From the NCBI RefSeq assembly GCF_026210795.1, contig NC_089435.1:62001-126000 (forward strand): a stretch of 64,000 nucleotides of DNA, read 5' to 3'. The notes beneath the pieces are model-generated. The model worked only from the letters and a program-made list of their open reading frames with translations. It was not told where the DNA came from and ran no database searches. The DNA comes from Rhizophagus irregularis (Eukaryota). Positions 1 to 14,044 of the stretch are shown piece by piece. Position 1 is the stretch's first letter; each line of letters opens with the position of its first letter. The translations under genes were made by a program, and so were the position numbers.

Positions 1-290
1 TTTGGTCAAATTAAGTGGGTGTTTGATTACCAGTTAGAATCGCAAGAATTATTAAAACGGGTAAAAATAGAAGATAAGTGAGATAGTCTTGTCTTGTTCG
101 AAAAATAATCGTATATATAGACAGTAGACACTAGTATAAAAAAAAAAGTTATGTATCCCGAGTAAAGTCCTTATCATTGTATTTATTTTAATTCTGCATT
201 AATAAGGCGATTCTTTACATTTACTACAAAACATTAAATAATTCACATTTTATTATTAATGTCAAATGCTTAATCCTTTGATTCATTTAG

Positions 291-570
291 AGAATTAAAT
301 ACCAAGCTCTTAGCTGAGATTGCTGAGCTTAGAAAGAGATCAAGGGCAAGAATGTTGAGATTTCTAGGAGGTTGCTGAGAATGAGAAAACTGAGACAGGA
401 GCTTAACATTCAGGCCAAAAATGATTAGCTGGAGAAAACTATATTGCATTATTCATCAGTTGAGATTGGCAAACTTAATGCCATAATCATAAAACTAGAG
501 AAAAATTGGGCAGTTCCACTAAACTTAAATCCTAAGAATGCTGAGTTTGCATTATGCAAAATCGATTTTG
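291..570 (+). pseudogene. Degenerate coiled-coil gene fragment
   Basis: After a tttag acceptor the sequence reads ELNTKLLAEIAELRKR..., then breaks up by frameshifts. Confidence 0.3.
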
Positions 571-1665
571 AACTCATATTTATGTAAGTAAATTTTGAAC
601 ATATTTAAAATTAAAGATTTTTGGTTTTTTTAATAATTTTATTGTCATTTTTATTATTTATTAGTTTCATTTTACACTTTTCACATAATTTATGGTCATG
701 ATACCAATTATAATGACAATAATTTATAGAAAGCTTTGATTAATTAAATTATGATGCCATTTAATAGTTGTTAAAAGAATATTACATTGATTGTATTTAA
801 AAAAAGTAATTCAATTTATATAGTACTAATAAGAATGATAATACAATAATGCAGTACAATTATGATATAATGCATTTGTATTAATACATAATACAATTAA
901 TACATGTATACTGTAATAATTTTTATTTTTTATTTTTATTAACCAATATACGTCACTAGTCGAAATAAGGCAAATCGGCTAAAAATCGGATATCCGATTT
1001 TAGGTCAAATTACGGCTGAAATATGTCCGATTTTTACAAAAAAATATATTCCGATTGTTATCCGATTGACTGCCAATCAGATGTACTTCGGAACTTAAAT
1101 CGGACATAAATCAGAACTAAATCATACTAAATTTGGACAGTCAATCAGATGTACTTCGAAACTTAAATCGGACATAAATCAGACTAAATCATACTAAATT
1201 CGGAAAATTATTATATATAGAAAATTCGATTTAAATTTATTATCGTTATATATTAATTATCAGAAATATTTACGAATAATACATGAAAAAAAAAAATTTA
1301 AAATAAATGTAATTGATAGTCCCGCTTCATTCAGCTAAATCATCACCAGCTCCACTTTTTTGACTATCGATTAACACCTCTTCCGTTTCTTCACCATAGT
1401 CTTCATCTTCGTCGAAACCACTTCTACTATCGATTTCCGTATCATATATAAAATCCTCTTGCTCGACATATGACCATTGTGGAGCATTTTCAGAATGCAT
1501 TCGGTCGAAGTGTTGAACTTCATCATCATACTGGCGAGGTCGTTGTAATTTTGCCGTTTGAATATCTGCCGAATGTGAGTCGATGACGTTTCGAAGTAAA
1601 TTTTTTAGCTAAAAAAGACAATATAAATAAAATAAATACAAAATAAAGAAAGGAACAAGAGTGAT

Positions 1666-1770
1666 ATATCGAAGTATAAATATCGAAGTATAAATATCGA
1701 AGTATAAATATCGAAGTATAAATATCGAAGTATAATAAATATCGAAGTATAATAAATATCGAAGTATAAA
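1666..1770. repeat. Intronic minisatellite (TATCGAAGTATAAA)n
   Basis: About 7 tandem 14-17 bp units. Confidence 0.9.
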
Positions 1771-2899
1771 CCTCTTGTGATCGCCAAGAATAATCATAGA
1801 CGCATACGATCGTCTTATCTGGATTCTCTTCATCTGACTCACTGATTTCCGGCGAGTGGTAAGATCGATTTGCCAACATTTTTAATAATTGGCGTTTTTC
1901 ATAACCAATTATTCTTTCGTCACTTTTCCTATAAAGATCCTTTGCAGCCTTAATTCGACGCAATTTTTTCTTAAATGATAAATATATAAGAAAATTAGCA
2001 TAAATCATTAACATGATGATAAAGGAAAAAATTCGACAATTTTACATTTTGTACGCGACTGTTGTTGTGAACTCTGCGACTGTCCTCGTCGCTTTTTCCA
2101 CTTTTTTTCAGTTGTGTTTGTGATCTTCACGACTTATGGAGGGCGCTTAACCAGTTCGTCAATTGTGCTACTGAAGGTTTATAATTCGGAAACATCGCCC
2201 TTCGAAGTTCGGGAATTAATCTACTGCGAATTTCAACATTTTTTGGACTATTAAACGTTTCGTTATCATCCAAATTGTCATTAGGTTTAATAGTTTTGAG
2301 GATCATTTTCATTTCAATCTTTAAATCGGAACAATTAGTATAAAAGTATAAAGACTGTACAATTCTGCCTAAAATTACAAAATTACAAACCCTCGCCTCC
2401 TTTTCACGTTGTTCTTCTTGTTCTTCTTTTGGTTGATTTCGGCGTAGTGTACCGTCTTCTTTACTTTTTTTGACCCATCCGATTTGAACCGTTTTGCTAA
2501 CCGTTCTTCTGGAACATCAATAAAATCAAGGCTTTCAGATGATGATCGTATCTGGTATTGTTCGAGTTTCGTTTTTAATTCGTTAACCTCTTCTTTCAAG
2601 TCGTCATTTTCAGAACCGAATTCTGCGTTAACACCAGCAAGAAATTCGTTATCTTCTCGTAAGCGAGCTATTTCAGTGGCAACGACAGCTGTATGTTTGG
2701 TTGATTCATTATTTCGTCGTTTTAACTGTAAACACTTCGCACGCAAATTGGATACTTCTTGAGATAACCTCCGATTCTCTGTATAAAAATGTAAAATCAA
2801 CAAAAAAAAAATACTAAATCTAACTGACGATATATACACGATACAGACCTGTTGATGCATCATCATCATCGCAAATAGGTTCATTAGTTTGATATCTGA

Positions 2900-3257
2900 C
2901 CGGAAGCCGAAGATTTTTATATCTCTCTTTTACACTTTGGACTCGTTCATGACTTGGTGCAGCAGATGGTGGTTGAGTATTGGACGAATCCGGAAGCCGA
3001 AGATTTTTATATCTCTCTTTTACACTTTGAGCTCGTTCATGACTTGGCGCAGCAGATGGTTGTTGGATATTGGACAAATTTTTATTGATGTTAGTAGTTT
3101 GAGCTCGCTCATGAATTGGGTGGCAGTCCCTTCAACAGCTTGTTGGATATTGGACGAACTTTTATTGATGTTAGTAGTTTGAGCTCGCTCATGAATTGGC
3201 GTGGCAGTCCCTTCAACAGCTTGTTGGATATTGGACGAACTTTTATTGATGTTAGTA
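2900..3257. repeat. Coding tandem repeats in the accessory gene
   Basis: Peptides QPSAAPSHERAQSVKERYKNLRLP and TNINKSSSNIQQAVEGTAT are each duplicated. Confidence 0.85.
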
Positions 3258-3397
3258 ATCGTTTTATTTCGATTATCACTAGCCAAACCTTTTTCAGTAT
3301 TTTTATTTTTTCTATTTTGGATCATTATTTTTTTTGGTTGCGAATTTTGGCTCATTATTTTTTTATTTTTTTTTTTGGTTTCGAAGAGTATTAGACG

Positions 3398-3870
3398 TTA
3401 AAACTCTAAAAAGAAAAGGTGAGAAAAAATGAAGTTTTATTTAAAAAATTAAACTTTAAGAAACTTTCGCCATCATACTGATCGAATAGTCTATTTTATT
3501 ATTAATATTATTAATCGAACGATTTGAACGCAAATCGACATCATGTAATATTTATAATTTAAGTGATAGTTGATGATTTTAATAAATTTAATATAATTTA
3601 AGTATTATATCGACAATTAAACTCTAAAAAGATTAAACTCTAAAAAGAAAAAGGTTGGTGAGAAAAAATGAAGTTGTTTAAAAAATTAAACTTTAAGAAA
3701 CTTTCGCCATCATACTGATCGATCGAATAGTCTATTTTATTATCAATATTATTAATCGAATGATTTATATTTATAATTTAAGTGTAGATTGATGATTTTA
3801 ATAAATTTAGTATTACATCGACGCAGTTGATGATTTTAATAAAATTTATTCTAATTTAAGTATTTTAAAC
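3398..3870. repeat. ~235-bp direct duplication in the divergent intergenic (putative promoter) region
   Basis: taaaactctaaaaagaaaagg...aactttcgccatcatactgatcgaatagtctat occurs at ~3398 and again at ~3633. Confidence 0.8.
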
Positions 3871-3935
3871 GAATTATATTGATATTATTGATATATTATT
3901 AACAATTAACTTTATTTCGAAAAACGTTCACAAAA

Positions 3936-6900
3936 ATGACGAGAAAAAGATCATTATCAAGTATACTCAATGAAGAATCAGATTCTAGACCTCATGCCAT
4001 ACCTTCATCATGTATACAAAGAACCAGATCAGTGTCAAATATAATTGACGAAGAATCTTCAAATCAATCTTATCCTACATCATCACGTATTGGAAGGTTA
4101 GTTGCATGTAATTGTTCTGAATGTAATGGACGATTAGTAGATCCTCGTACGAAAACTATCCATGAAATTAACCAAGATTCAGAAGATGATGATTCAGAAA
4201 GAACAGAAGTACATCTACCTGATGAAGCTGAATTGCCTAGTGACGAACCATACGAAAGTGCCTCAATATCAGATGAACCACGAATGAGAGAATCGGAAGC
4301 TGAATTGCCTAGTAGACAACGATCAAGAAAATATGTTCAACCGGTTATAATTGCTGAATTAGGAGATACAGTAGATGATAAATCTTCTGAATCTTCTGAA
4401 TATACTACGGAGGAAGATGCAAATATCGATGATAGAAATGAATCATCCGATAATGAACCATCCAATGATGACGAATATCACGAAATTTTTGAAGATTATT
4501 CATGTCCACCTTTCGAACCATTTCAAGATTCTGATACTGAACAATCAATAAATAATCGGTTCTTATGGATATTATTATGGATCATGAGCTTCCGAACCAG
4601 GTTTAACTTACCAGAAACAGCTACAGAATCATTGATAAAATTCTTGAAGCTTGTTCTAACAGAAATCGGTAGTCCTGATTTTGACACATTTCCTGACACT
4701 TTATATCTAGCAAGAAAAGCCCTTAATCTTGAAGACCGGTTTCGTAGTTTTGTGGCGTGTTCCAAATGCCACAAATTATACAACAAACAGGAAATAAAAA
4801 GTTTTCTCCAAAATGAGCAACCTGCCATCATGAAGTGTTGCCATGTCGAATTTCCTAATTCGACAACTCGAAGATTAAGGTTGTGCCAAACACCTTTGGC
4901 ACAGAAAACAACATTGTTAAATAACCAAATTTCAATCGAAACCTGAATTATTATTTCCGTTTGTGAGTATTAAGCAGCAATTGGAAGCAATGTATCGTCA
5001 ACCTAACTTTGAAAATTCTCTAAGGCATTGGATAAATCGTCCAACTTTCGATAATATCCTAACTGATATATACGATGGTGAAGTTTGGAAAACTTTTAAA
5101 GAAACGACAGATGAAAGTTCGAATAATTTTTTCCGATCTGATGTTGCTGATTCGCACCTCGGATTGATTTTGAATTTGGATTGGTTTCAACCCTTCGACG
5201 GCACAATCCACAGCACCGGAGTAATATACGCTGCAATCGGTAACCTTCCGAGGGATGTCAGATTCAAGCGCAATAATATCTTGATTCTTGGCTTATTACC
5301 CAGCCCAGATGAAGTAAGTTTACATAAGATTAACCACTATCTGGCGCCAATCATTGATGAGTTGAAGTCACTTTGGGAAGGAGTGACATTAAATAAAACG
5401 TATGAATGTCAAGAAGGAAAAAGAATTCGCGCAGCTCTGATTCTTATTTCATGTGACATACCGGCTGCAAGAAAAATTTGCGGACATATTTCCGCTTTGG
5501 TGTCGTGTCATAGATGCGAAAAGAAGGCGAATTATGAAAATCGGCAGCATAATTTTGCTGGGATAAATGAAATGGACGAATGGTTTACTTGCCGTGATTC
5601 GGCTCAACATCGTCAAGATGCTATAGGATGGAGACGCTGTAATTCGGACGCAGCAAGAAAGCGATTTGTAAAGCAAACTGGAGTTAGATGGTCCAAATTA
5701 TTGCGTCTACCATATTTCGATCCAATTCGGTTCATTACAATCGACCCGATGCACTGCTTATTTCTGGGCATCGCAAAATGGATAGTAAGAAGACTTTGGA
5801 TCGAAAATGGCGTATTAACAACACATATTTTGAAAACAGTTCAGAAAAAAATGGATGAATTTAAAGTTCCAGCTGACTTGGGTCGAATCCCGGAAAAAGT
5901 CGATTGTGGAGATGGGTTTTCAAATTTTACTGCGGATCAATGGCGAATATTTTTTACAATATATGCAACGGTTTCTCTCTGGGAACATCTTTCTGAGAAT
6001 GACCGGAAGATTCTCGTGAATTTTGTGAGAATTTGTTCAATTTCAGTAAGTCGAATTGTAGAAGTCGATTTCATGAGAGAGGCGCATCAGAGAGGTAATT
6101 AAGCCCAGTGAAGTTGATAGAAGAAAATTACGGTCGTGATAAAATCACACCGAATTTACATTTATCACTTCACTTATGTGAATGCTCACTCGACTATGGA
6201 CCTTTATATACATTCTGGTGTTTTTCCTTTGAGCGCATGAATGGCATGCTAGGTATAATATTTTAAATATTCTTGTTACTTTCTAAAATAATGCATTTTT
6301 ATCAACTTTTGTTTAAAATAAATTTAGGCTCTTTTCCGAATAGCAGAAGGAAAATTGAACCAGAAATTATGCGCCGCCTGATGTTTGATAATCAAATCAG
6401 TAATATCATTAATTCCGGCGTGGAATCAAAGGGCCTAGATTTGATTAGTAATAGACCATCTGTTGGCTCTCTATCAGAAGCCGACCAATTTTCTGCTGAT
6501 GAAATGAGGCGATTTTGGTTGACTTCAAGAAACATTCATGAATCGACCACCACAGGAAAAGAAGCATTTCCGGGCGAAATGCTCAGACCAGTATTTAACG
6601 ATATTGTAATGTCAAGTGATATGCTTGACTTAATAGTTGAATACTACATGGCGAGCTACGAAACGATGGAATTTCGTAAACCATTTGGAGAGGGTGCAGA
6701 AGATTCGATAATAGTTCAAGTTAAAATGAATCAATTTGGAAGGTGCCGAATTGGTTCTGAAATATTCGGCTCTTCGATATCATCACGTCATGTAAAAAGC
6801 TCATTTATCTTGGCAAAATTTATGACAGAAAGTGGTGATATCGATTGCTATCCTGGACAAGTCCAATACTTTTTTACACATGCCATTAATTTGCCGGATG

Positions 6901-7169
6901 GGTTATCCGAACATAATCTAGCATTTATTCGCTGGTATAAACCTGCAGAATCATCAAATATTCGGTATCATTTCAGAGTTAGAGATGACGAAATATGCAA
7001 TGTTGAATTATGGGGTACCGAGTTTTACCCAGAATCCCGCGACTGTATTATTCCAGTTCATCATATTCTTGGCCGATTTATACCAACGAAATACTGAATT
7101 TCAGGCAGGAGAAGTTCAAACGTCTATTTAGCGGTAAATCCAGTCAATAGAAAATTTCATATTCGCTGA
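3936..7169 (+). pseudogene. CACTA Tnp2/Transposase_21-type transposase with DUF4218-like C-terminus
   Basis: Motifs DIYDG, LNLDWFQPF, SCDIPAARKICGH, IDPMHCLFLG and FWCFSFERMNG. Intron 6253-6327 rejoins MLG/SFPNS. Frameshifts at ~4945 and ~6100, and a premature TGA at 7095. Confidence 0.9.
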
Positions 7170-7217
7170 AATTAGTATCTTTTTCGAACTTTATTTTGAT
7201 GAAATGACATATAATTT

Positions 7218-7660
7218 CAAATAATACAAATATCGGAATTTATTAAATTTCAAAATAATACAAATTTCAAATAATACAAATATCGGAATTTATTAAAATA
7301 ATACAAATATCGGAATTTATTAAATTTCAAAATAATACAAATTTCAAATAATACAAATATCGAAATTTATTAAATGTTAAAACAATACAATACAAATATC
7401 GGAATTATTAAATGTCAAATTTACATATAATATAATTATCGGAATGTCGAAATATTATAATGCGCAAACATCGGAATTTGAAACAAATATCGGAATTTGC
7501 ACCGCAAATCGGCTATGCCGAATGTCATCTGATATGCAGCCGATTATCGATCATATCCGAAATCGGAATTTTGCACCGCAAATCAGCTATGCTGAATGTC
7601 AGCCGATTATCGATCATATCCGAAATTTATCCGAAATTTGGCCGAAATTTGGCTGATTTG
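7218..7660. repeat. CACTA right subterminal repeats
   Basis: Many AATACAAATATCGGAATTT units, plus a duplicated GCACCGCAAATC...CCGATTATCGATCATATCCGAAAT block. Confidence 0.8.
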
Positions 7661-8366
7661 CCTTACTTCTGATTTGCCTTATTTCGACTAGTGATACAGA
7701 CTCACAATTAACAGGGATTGTGTTTAAACTCACATATCTCTAGAATCAATATCAAATTAAACAAATCAAAATAAAAGAATAGTGATAGATGTCGAACTAG
7801 AAAGCTTAAGCACATGATTTTAAAATTTTACATTTAATAGTGCAGCATGAATTATAAGTATATGAGTATATTATTTTCATAAAAGATTATTTTAAAAGTC
7901 AAAATATTAGAAACATTAGTAGTTAATAAATAATTAGATTTAATGTGGTCATATTTCTTTTTTGTTCCAGCTGATGATTAGAATTTGGTTATAGTTTTTT
8001 AAACTTTAAAATTATGAATTACATTTTATTTATTTTATTTGAATATTGTGACAGATAGTACTGGTTAATAAAAGTCTGATTATAAATGAAGTTTTCTTTT
8101 TTATATGAAGGTTAGTAATTGCGCCAAATGTAGCTTGTGAACGTAATTTAGGGTTAATGATATTCCTCACATAAATTACCAGTAATTTAAAAATTGAAAT
8201 CTTATAAAGCGCAAGCTGGACATCAACATTACCCAAAAATTACATAAAAATATTTCTATATAAAGTTATGAATCCAAAAATATTTTCTGATTTGATACTG
8301 GTTACGAATGTCTCTAATCAAGCAAATATATCAAGACATCTTTACTTTCCTTTATTTTGCGGCGTA

Positions 8367-8825
8367 TAGGGCTCTGATTAGTTTCAGTAATTACTAAACC
8401 AAACTGATCAGTTTTGGTAATTATCAAACTGAACCGATCAGTTTCAGTATCAGAACGGTTTCGGTATTCTGATTTACTGAATTGAACCTTTTGGTAAATT
8501 TACCAATCAGTTTCAGTAATTTTGGTTTCAGTATCAGTTTTGCGATTTACCGAACTAATTTACCAAACTGATATTTTCGGTATCAGTTTTGGTAAATTTT
8601 ACTGATCACTTCGGTAAATTTTACTAATCATTTTGATAAATTTGATAAATTTACTGAACTGATTTGCCAAACATTTCGTGATATTTTTTGATAAAAAATC
8701 ACAGGTCAAATGATGAAGAATTTCGATAAATTGATAAATTTACCGAACTGATTTGCCAAACATTTCTCGATATTTTCGATAAAAAATCACAAAGTCAAAT
8801 TACGGTTAATCAGTAAATTGAGAGC
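8367..8825. repeat. Degenerate short-repeat array, probable non-autonomous TE remnant
   Basis: Many CAGTTTCAGTA / TTTACCGAACTGA variants and a ~70-bp duplication at 8640-8800. Confidence 0.45.
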
Positions 8826-9137
8826 AGTTAAAAATTAGGACCAATCAATTTTGGATTTTGATTCGAGCCAACTCTTATTTTTTTTATCATTGAATAATCA
8901 GTATACCAATACTTATATATATTTTATCCTATTAAATATTGATAATTCTTAAATTACTATATTTTACAATTAGTAAATAATTGACAACAAATCAGTATTC
9001 CGATTATTGGCAAATAAAATTCTGATCCGTTATTAATCTATTAAAAAGCATCAGTAAATCATCAAATAATAATTGGTTATATGCGTAATATTTATTATTT
9101 TAATAAAATCAAATTTTACATATATTCTTAAAAATTG

Positions 9138-9855
9138 AATTGCCGATTTGCATGTGATTGATAGAATTTATATAATAAAATGCGGCGCAACATTTATATA
9201 TAAGCCATATCGATCATGTTTTTATATCAAATAAAATGCAACCATATTGTTATACAATTACGTAATTTAACACCTGCAATATACGTTTAAGATCTTAGAA
9301 AAAAAAATTTTTTTATAAAAAGTTTTTTTTCTTTGCAATTTATAAAGTTTTATATGTGGGAAATGGAGATTTCATAGTATTTACTAGTATTTTACTTCTA
9401 TGGTATAAATGATTTCTAGCTCTTTAACTTTTCTTTGACGCTTATAAAACTTTTTTTGATTATTATTTATGTCAACTATTACATTTTTAATAACACTACG
9501 CACTTTTATATCTCTTTTTCTTTTACAAATATGTCCAGTTTGTAAAAAATATGAATATAATGAAATATATGAATAATAAAAGGACTTTTATTAAGTTTTA
9601 GCATAATCTCAAAATGGGAATAGTTATCTTGAATTTTTTTTTAAAAAATAATAAACAAGTCATATAAATATGGACATAATAATGAAGTTCTGATATAATA
9701 GCGCCAGTTGCAACAAGTTTTTTGGGAGTTATGTATGTATTTGACGTTATTGTTTCTTGGGAAAACAGAGATTTCAAACGGCATTTTTTTTATTAATTAA
9801 CATAACACCGCATTTTACTATATAAATTCTATCAATCACATGCAGATCAGCAATT
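9138..9855. mobile_element. Putative MITE with ~48-bp imperfect inverted repeats
   Basis: 9138-9185 matches the reverse complement of 9808-9855 with about 3 mismatches. No TSD seen. Confidence 0.5.
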
Positions 9856-11116
9856 AAAGCTCTGATTTCTTTTATGATACTTTAATAAAATAATCAAATA
9901 TACTACTACAAATAATTGACACTAGCTAGTAAATCTAAAATTATTAAATTTTTCTAAATTGCTATTAGTGAACTAACGGGAATATACTTCCTAACATATT
10001 TGTAATATCACATCACAATTCAAAGAAAAATTTCCCTTCTCACATTTTTCCGAAGTATGTAAGTAAACCTATATGGTTGCAAGTATTAATTTCATCAACC
10101 GAATTTCGCCTTTTTTGCAGCCATCAAAGCCAAATAAACGATTAAACTTGTCTATAAAATAAATAATAATTACAATAAACAATTTATTTTAGAAAAATAT
10201 TAATAATATAATATAACAAAATAAAATTACCTTCTAGTTTTTGTGTCATTTTTCGTGCTAAATGCTCTAACAGTAACTACTTTAAAAAAAAAATCTACAA
10301 ATATCAAATTATAATCACCTAACTCCTATTTTGTTTGATTTCCAATTGCCTGACTTTTTAACATAATCCTAACATAATTTTTAACAAATCTAAACAAAGA
10401 AATATCTTCTTAATAAAAAATTTTTTTTAAAACAATATCCGAAGTACAACAACCAATCACCAATTTAAATCAAACTTACTTCATTTCACGATCAATAGCC
10501 CTACATTATCATACGGCTGAGAACTTCTAGAGCGAAAATAAATTCCTCCCTTCTAAAAGTCAACCAATCAAATGTCACAATTATATATATAAACTTTTTT
10601 TACTAATAAACAATAAACCTTGGTCCCAGGTCGATTTTAAATTTCAATGTTATGTGAACCAAAAAATTGAATTTGTGTGGCCTAATAGAAATATGAAATT
10701 GCCACATTACCACCATTTAATATATTTTAATAAGATAAAGTTAACAAGCTATAATTTATTTATTTATGATCACTGGATGATTAGTTAAAATATTTACGTT
10801 CATAATGCTGGCCAAATTTACAAAATGGACATAAATGTCCATTTTTATAATTCTGGTCAAATTTGCAAACCAGACTTTATGTCCATTTTATAATTATGGC
10901 CAAATAATTTTGGCCAAATTTTGCTGTGCAAAATTATTTTAAACCTGGTCAAATTAATGTGTAAACTTGAAAAAAAATTGCCTTTTTTATTATAGTTATA
11001 AGGTGATATAAAATATTTATTAATGAAATTGGTAAATGAATATGCAGTCAAAAATTATAAAATTGCCTTATTTATAATTAAAATACTGGATAGTAGGTGC
11101 AAAAAATCAAAAATCA

Positions 11117-11660
11117 TGGACATAAATAATGTCTGTGTTTGACAAAGGTTATCACAAATATCATGGACATAAAAATCTGTGCTTGACAAAGGTTATCATA
11201 AATATCACAGACATAAATGTCTGTGCTTGACAAAGGTTATCATAAATATCATGGACATAAATGTCTGTGCTTGACAAAGGTTATCATAAATATCACGGAC
11301 ATAAATATCTGTGCTTGATAAAGGTTATCATAAATATCACGGACATAAATGTCCATACCTGACAAGTAGTATCATCATGAGCAATTGACAATAAATATCA
11401 TGGTCGTATATGACAAGGAGCATCATTAACAAATATCACAGACATAAATGTCCGTACCTGACAAGTAGTATCATTATAAGCAATTGACAACAAATATCAT
11501 GGTCGTATCTGACAAGGAGCATCATCAACAAATATTACAGACATAAATGTCCGTACCTGACAAGGGGTATCATCATGAGCAATTGACAACAAATATCATG
11601 GCCATATCTGACAAGGAGCATCATCAACAAATATCACGGACATAAATGTCTGTATATGAC
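11117..11660. repeat. Compound minisatellite (~44-bp units, then ~120-bp units)
   Basis: GGACATAAATGTCTGTGCTTGACAAAGGTTATCATAAATATCAC repeated, followed by longer derived units. Confidence 0.9.
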
Positions 11661-11980
11661 TATAAGTGAGTATAATAATATATTGATTTGTTTCTATGAC
11701 ACAGCATGACAAGTTAAAGTATATCACGGACATGGGTTAAAACCATGGGCGGACCATGAAGGATATAACCTAGACACTTGAGACATGAAATGTAAGGTTA
11801 GAACCTTTGTTAATCGGTTGAATGGGGTGAGTCATTAATTATATTTCACTTAACCTTTTTTAGTTATATAGATAGATATTAGATTAGTTACTTTATTAAC
11901 GTGATACTTATATTTATAATACTAAGAAAAAAATAAAATAAAATAAAAAAAATAATATAATTTTAAAAATAAATAATTAT

Positions 11981-13697
11981 TTATTCATTATTTAATAAAT
12001 AATTCCAGGATTTCAAACACATACTTATTTTTACTGTTTTTCCTATTAAACGGTTTCTATTGTTTGTAATTAAATTTTTCGAAATTGAAAAACACAGCTC
12101 TGATGGCACACTTGTAGCAGATATAGCTAAATAATCACGGGCCATCTTACTAAGTTGTGGATATTGAGTTTCATTAATTCGCTACCATTTGAGAGGATCC
12201 AAAGTTTCACCAGAAACAGTTGGTGAAGCAATATATGTTTTAAATTCATCTACATTTCCCACATAGCGACGTTTAAATATAAGTGATATTACTGATTTTT
12301 CTTTTGAGGTGGAGGAAATGTTAGAATTTAAGGAGGTAGTGGCATAATTAGAGGACCCGGAAAATACTTATATAGGTAAGGTCCCAAAAATATTTTTTAT
12401 TAGTAGCTCTAAGCATAGGTTTTTACTATGATCGCTAAGCATTGTTGATATCTAACCTTAAAAATTATATAAAAATAAGCAAATTAATCTTCTAACCTAA
12501 TTAAATTTTTATTATAACACATATAATTTATAAAATATATTTATTAATTAATATATTTTATTAAATCCAATTTTAAATATGTTGTGAAGCTAAACTAAAC
12601 ATAATATACAAGTAGATTAACAATATTCAATTAATAAAGTTAATAAACAGTAAAAGAAAAATTCGAAATTAATACTATTACAAAAAATGTAAATTTCTCC
12701 ATAAGTATTATACTTACACCCATAAAAATTAATATGTAAGTAGTTTCGACCATGCTGAACATTTTTCAATTAATTTAGAAAGTCGATTTCATTTGGCTAA
12801 AGTGGTGTAATTACGCTCTGAAGTTGTAAACGGAGAATTGAAAAATTCGGAAGTTAGTACCGGTATGAAAAATGCACTTTTCTCCATAAGTATTATACCC
12901 ACACTCATGAAAATTAATATATAAGTAGTTTCGACCTTGCTGAACAACTTTCAATTAATTTAGAAAGTCGATTTCATTTGACTGAAGTGGTGAAATTACG
13001 CTCTGAAGTTGTAGACGAAAAAGTGAAAAATTTAAAAGTTATTACCGTTATAAAAATATGCTTTTCTATATAAATATCATACTTAGCCTTATGAGAATTA
13101 AAATACAAGTAGATTTAACTTGCTGAACAACCTTACTTAAGCATAAAAGACAATTTGATATAACCAAAGTGGTGAGTAGTGAAATTATATTTTAAAGTAA
13201 AACATATTTACAGTAATTTTATTTAACAAAATAAATAGTATCTTTTTAATTTTTATTAAACTCAGTGTATTATTTTTAATATAAAATTACTATATTATAC
13301 ATGTTGAAAGATAATTAATAAAACATTGAAAAAAAAAACTGAAATTTCATCAAAAAAAAATTTTTGTTTATGTATTTATATAAAATTGTGAAATGTAGTA
13401 CAAAATCAACACTCACCGTTAGTGAAAATAAAATAAAAATTAATTATAAATTCAATATATAATATTTTAAAAAGTTCTATAAATATGAAAAATAAGCAAC
13501 TAAAAACTCTTAGTATTTTAAAATAATACCAAAAATATGCAATTTAATTATCTTACATAGTATAAAATTTTCTCAAAATTAAGCATTATAAAATTCTTAC
13601 ATCATAAAATTTTTCTATGTTGGCTAAGCACCTTAGTACCTTACATATATAAGTATTTTCCGGGGTCCTATAATTAGAATTAAAAATATTCACAAAA
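11981..13697 (-). pseudogene. hAT transposase last exon (C-terminal dimerisation domain), interrupted by an insertion
   Basis: Removing 12352-13669 and one TSD copy gives FVNIFNSNYATTS...DPLKW*RINETQYPQLSKMARDYLAISATSVPSELCFS...RNRL...MCLKSW. Confidence 0.88.
12352..13669. mobile_element. Non-autonomous TIR element with 8-bp TSD
   Basis: TIRs AGGACCC(C)GGAAAATACTTATATA(G/T)GTAAGGT. TSD ATAATTAG at 12344-12351 and 13670-13677. Internal ~185-bp direct repeats at 12690-13170. Confidence 0.88.
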
Positions 13698-13951
13698 CTA
13701 AATAAAAAATTAATGATTAATATAATTATTAAATAAATATATCAAAAACTTTAGTAGTATGAAAATCCCAGTTCTGGCTCAATGCCACCATATAATCTAA
13801 TTACTACCACTTTTATATAATCTAATTACCACATCATATAACCTAATTACTACCATATAATCCACCTACCACTTTTACTATAATTTAACTACCACTTTCA
13901 TATAATCTAGTTACCACTTTTCATATTTAATAGTTACTCAGGAGTAACTGT

Positions 13952-14038
13952 TGTATTTGCAATAAGCAATATGATTGGTGGGATTTACTGAGCGCAGCTC
14001 AGTAAATTTTACTGATCATATTGCTTATTGCAAATACA
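13952..14038. repeat. 87-bp foldback hairpin element
   Basis: TGTATTTGCAATAAGCAATATGAT...ATTTACTGAGC-GCA-GCTCAGTAAAT...ATCATATTGCTTATTGCAAATACA. Confidence 0.85.
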
Positions 14039-14044
14039 TGTAAG

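Larger units (their letters stand above)
1327..3355 (-). pseudogene. Multi-exon CACTA accessory gene (coiled coil, acidic C-terminus), divergent from the transposase
   Basis: ATG at 3355. ORF pieces 3020-3355, 2820-3077, 2375-2884, 2127-2312 and 1526-2014 are joined by GT-AG introns or frameshifts. Contains HSPEISESDEE...YDYSWRSQE and an in-frame TGA at 2127, and ends GDDLAE* at 1327. Confidence 0.65.
954..7693 (+). mobile_element. CACTA/EnSpm (CMC) DNA transposon, full length, decayed
   Basis: Perfect 23-bp TIR CACTAGTCGAAATAAGGCAAATC at 954-976, with its reverse complement at 7671-7693. Subterminal repeats at both ends and an internal Tnp2-type transposase. The flanks (cgt / ata) give no clean TSD. 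Confidence 0.92.
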
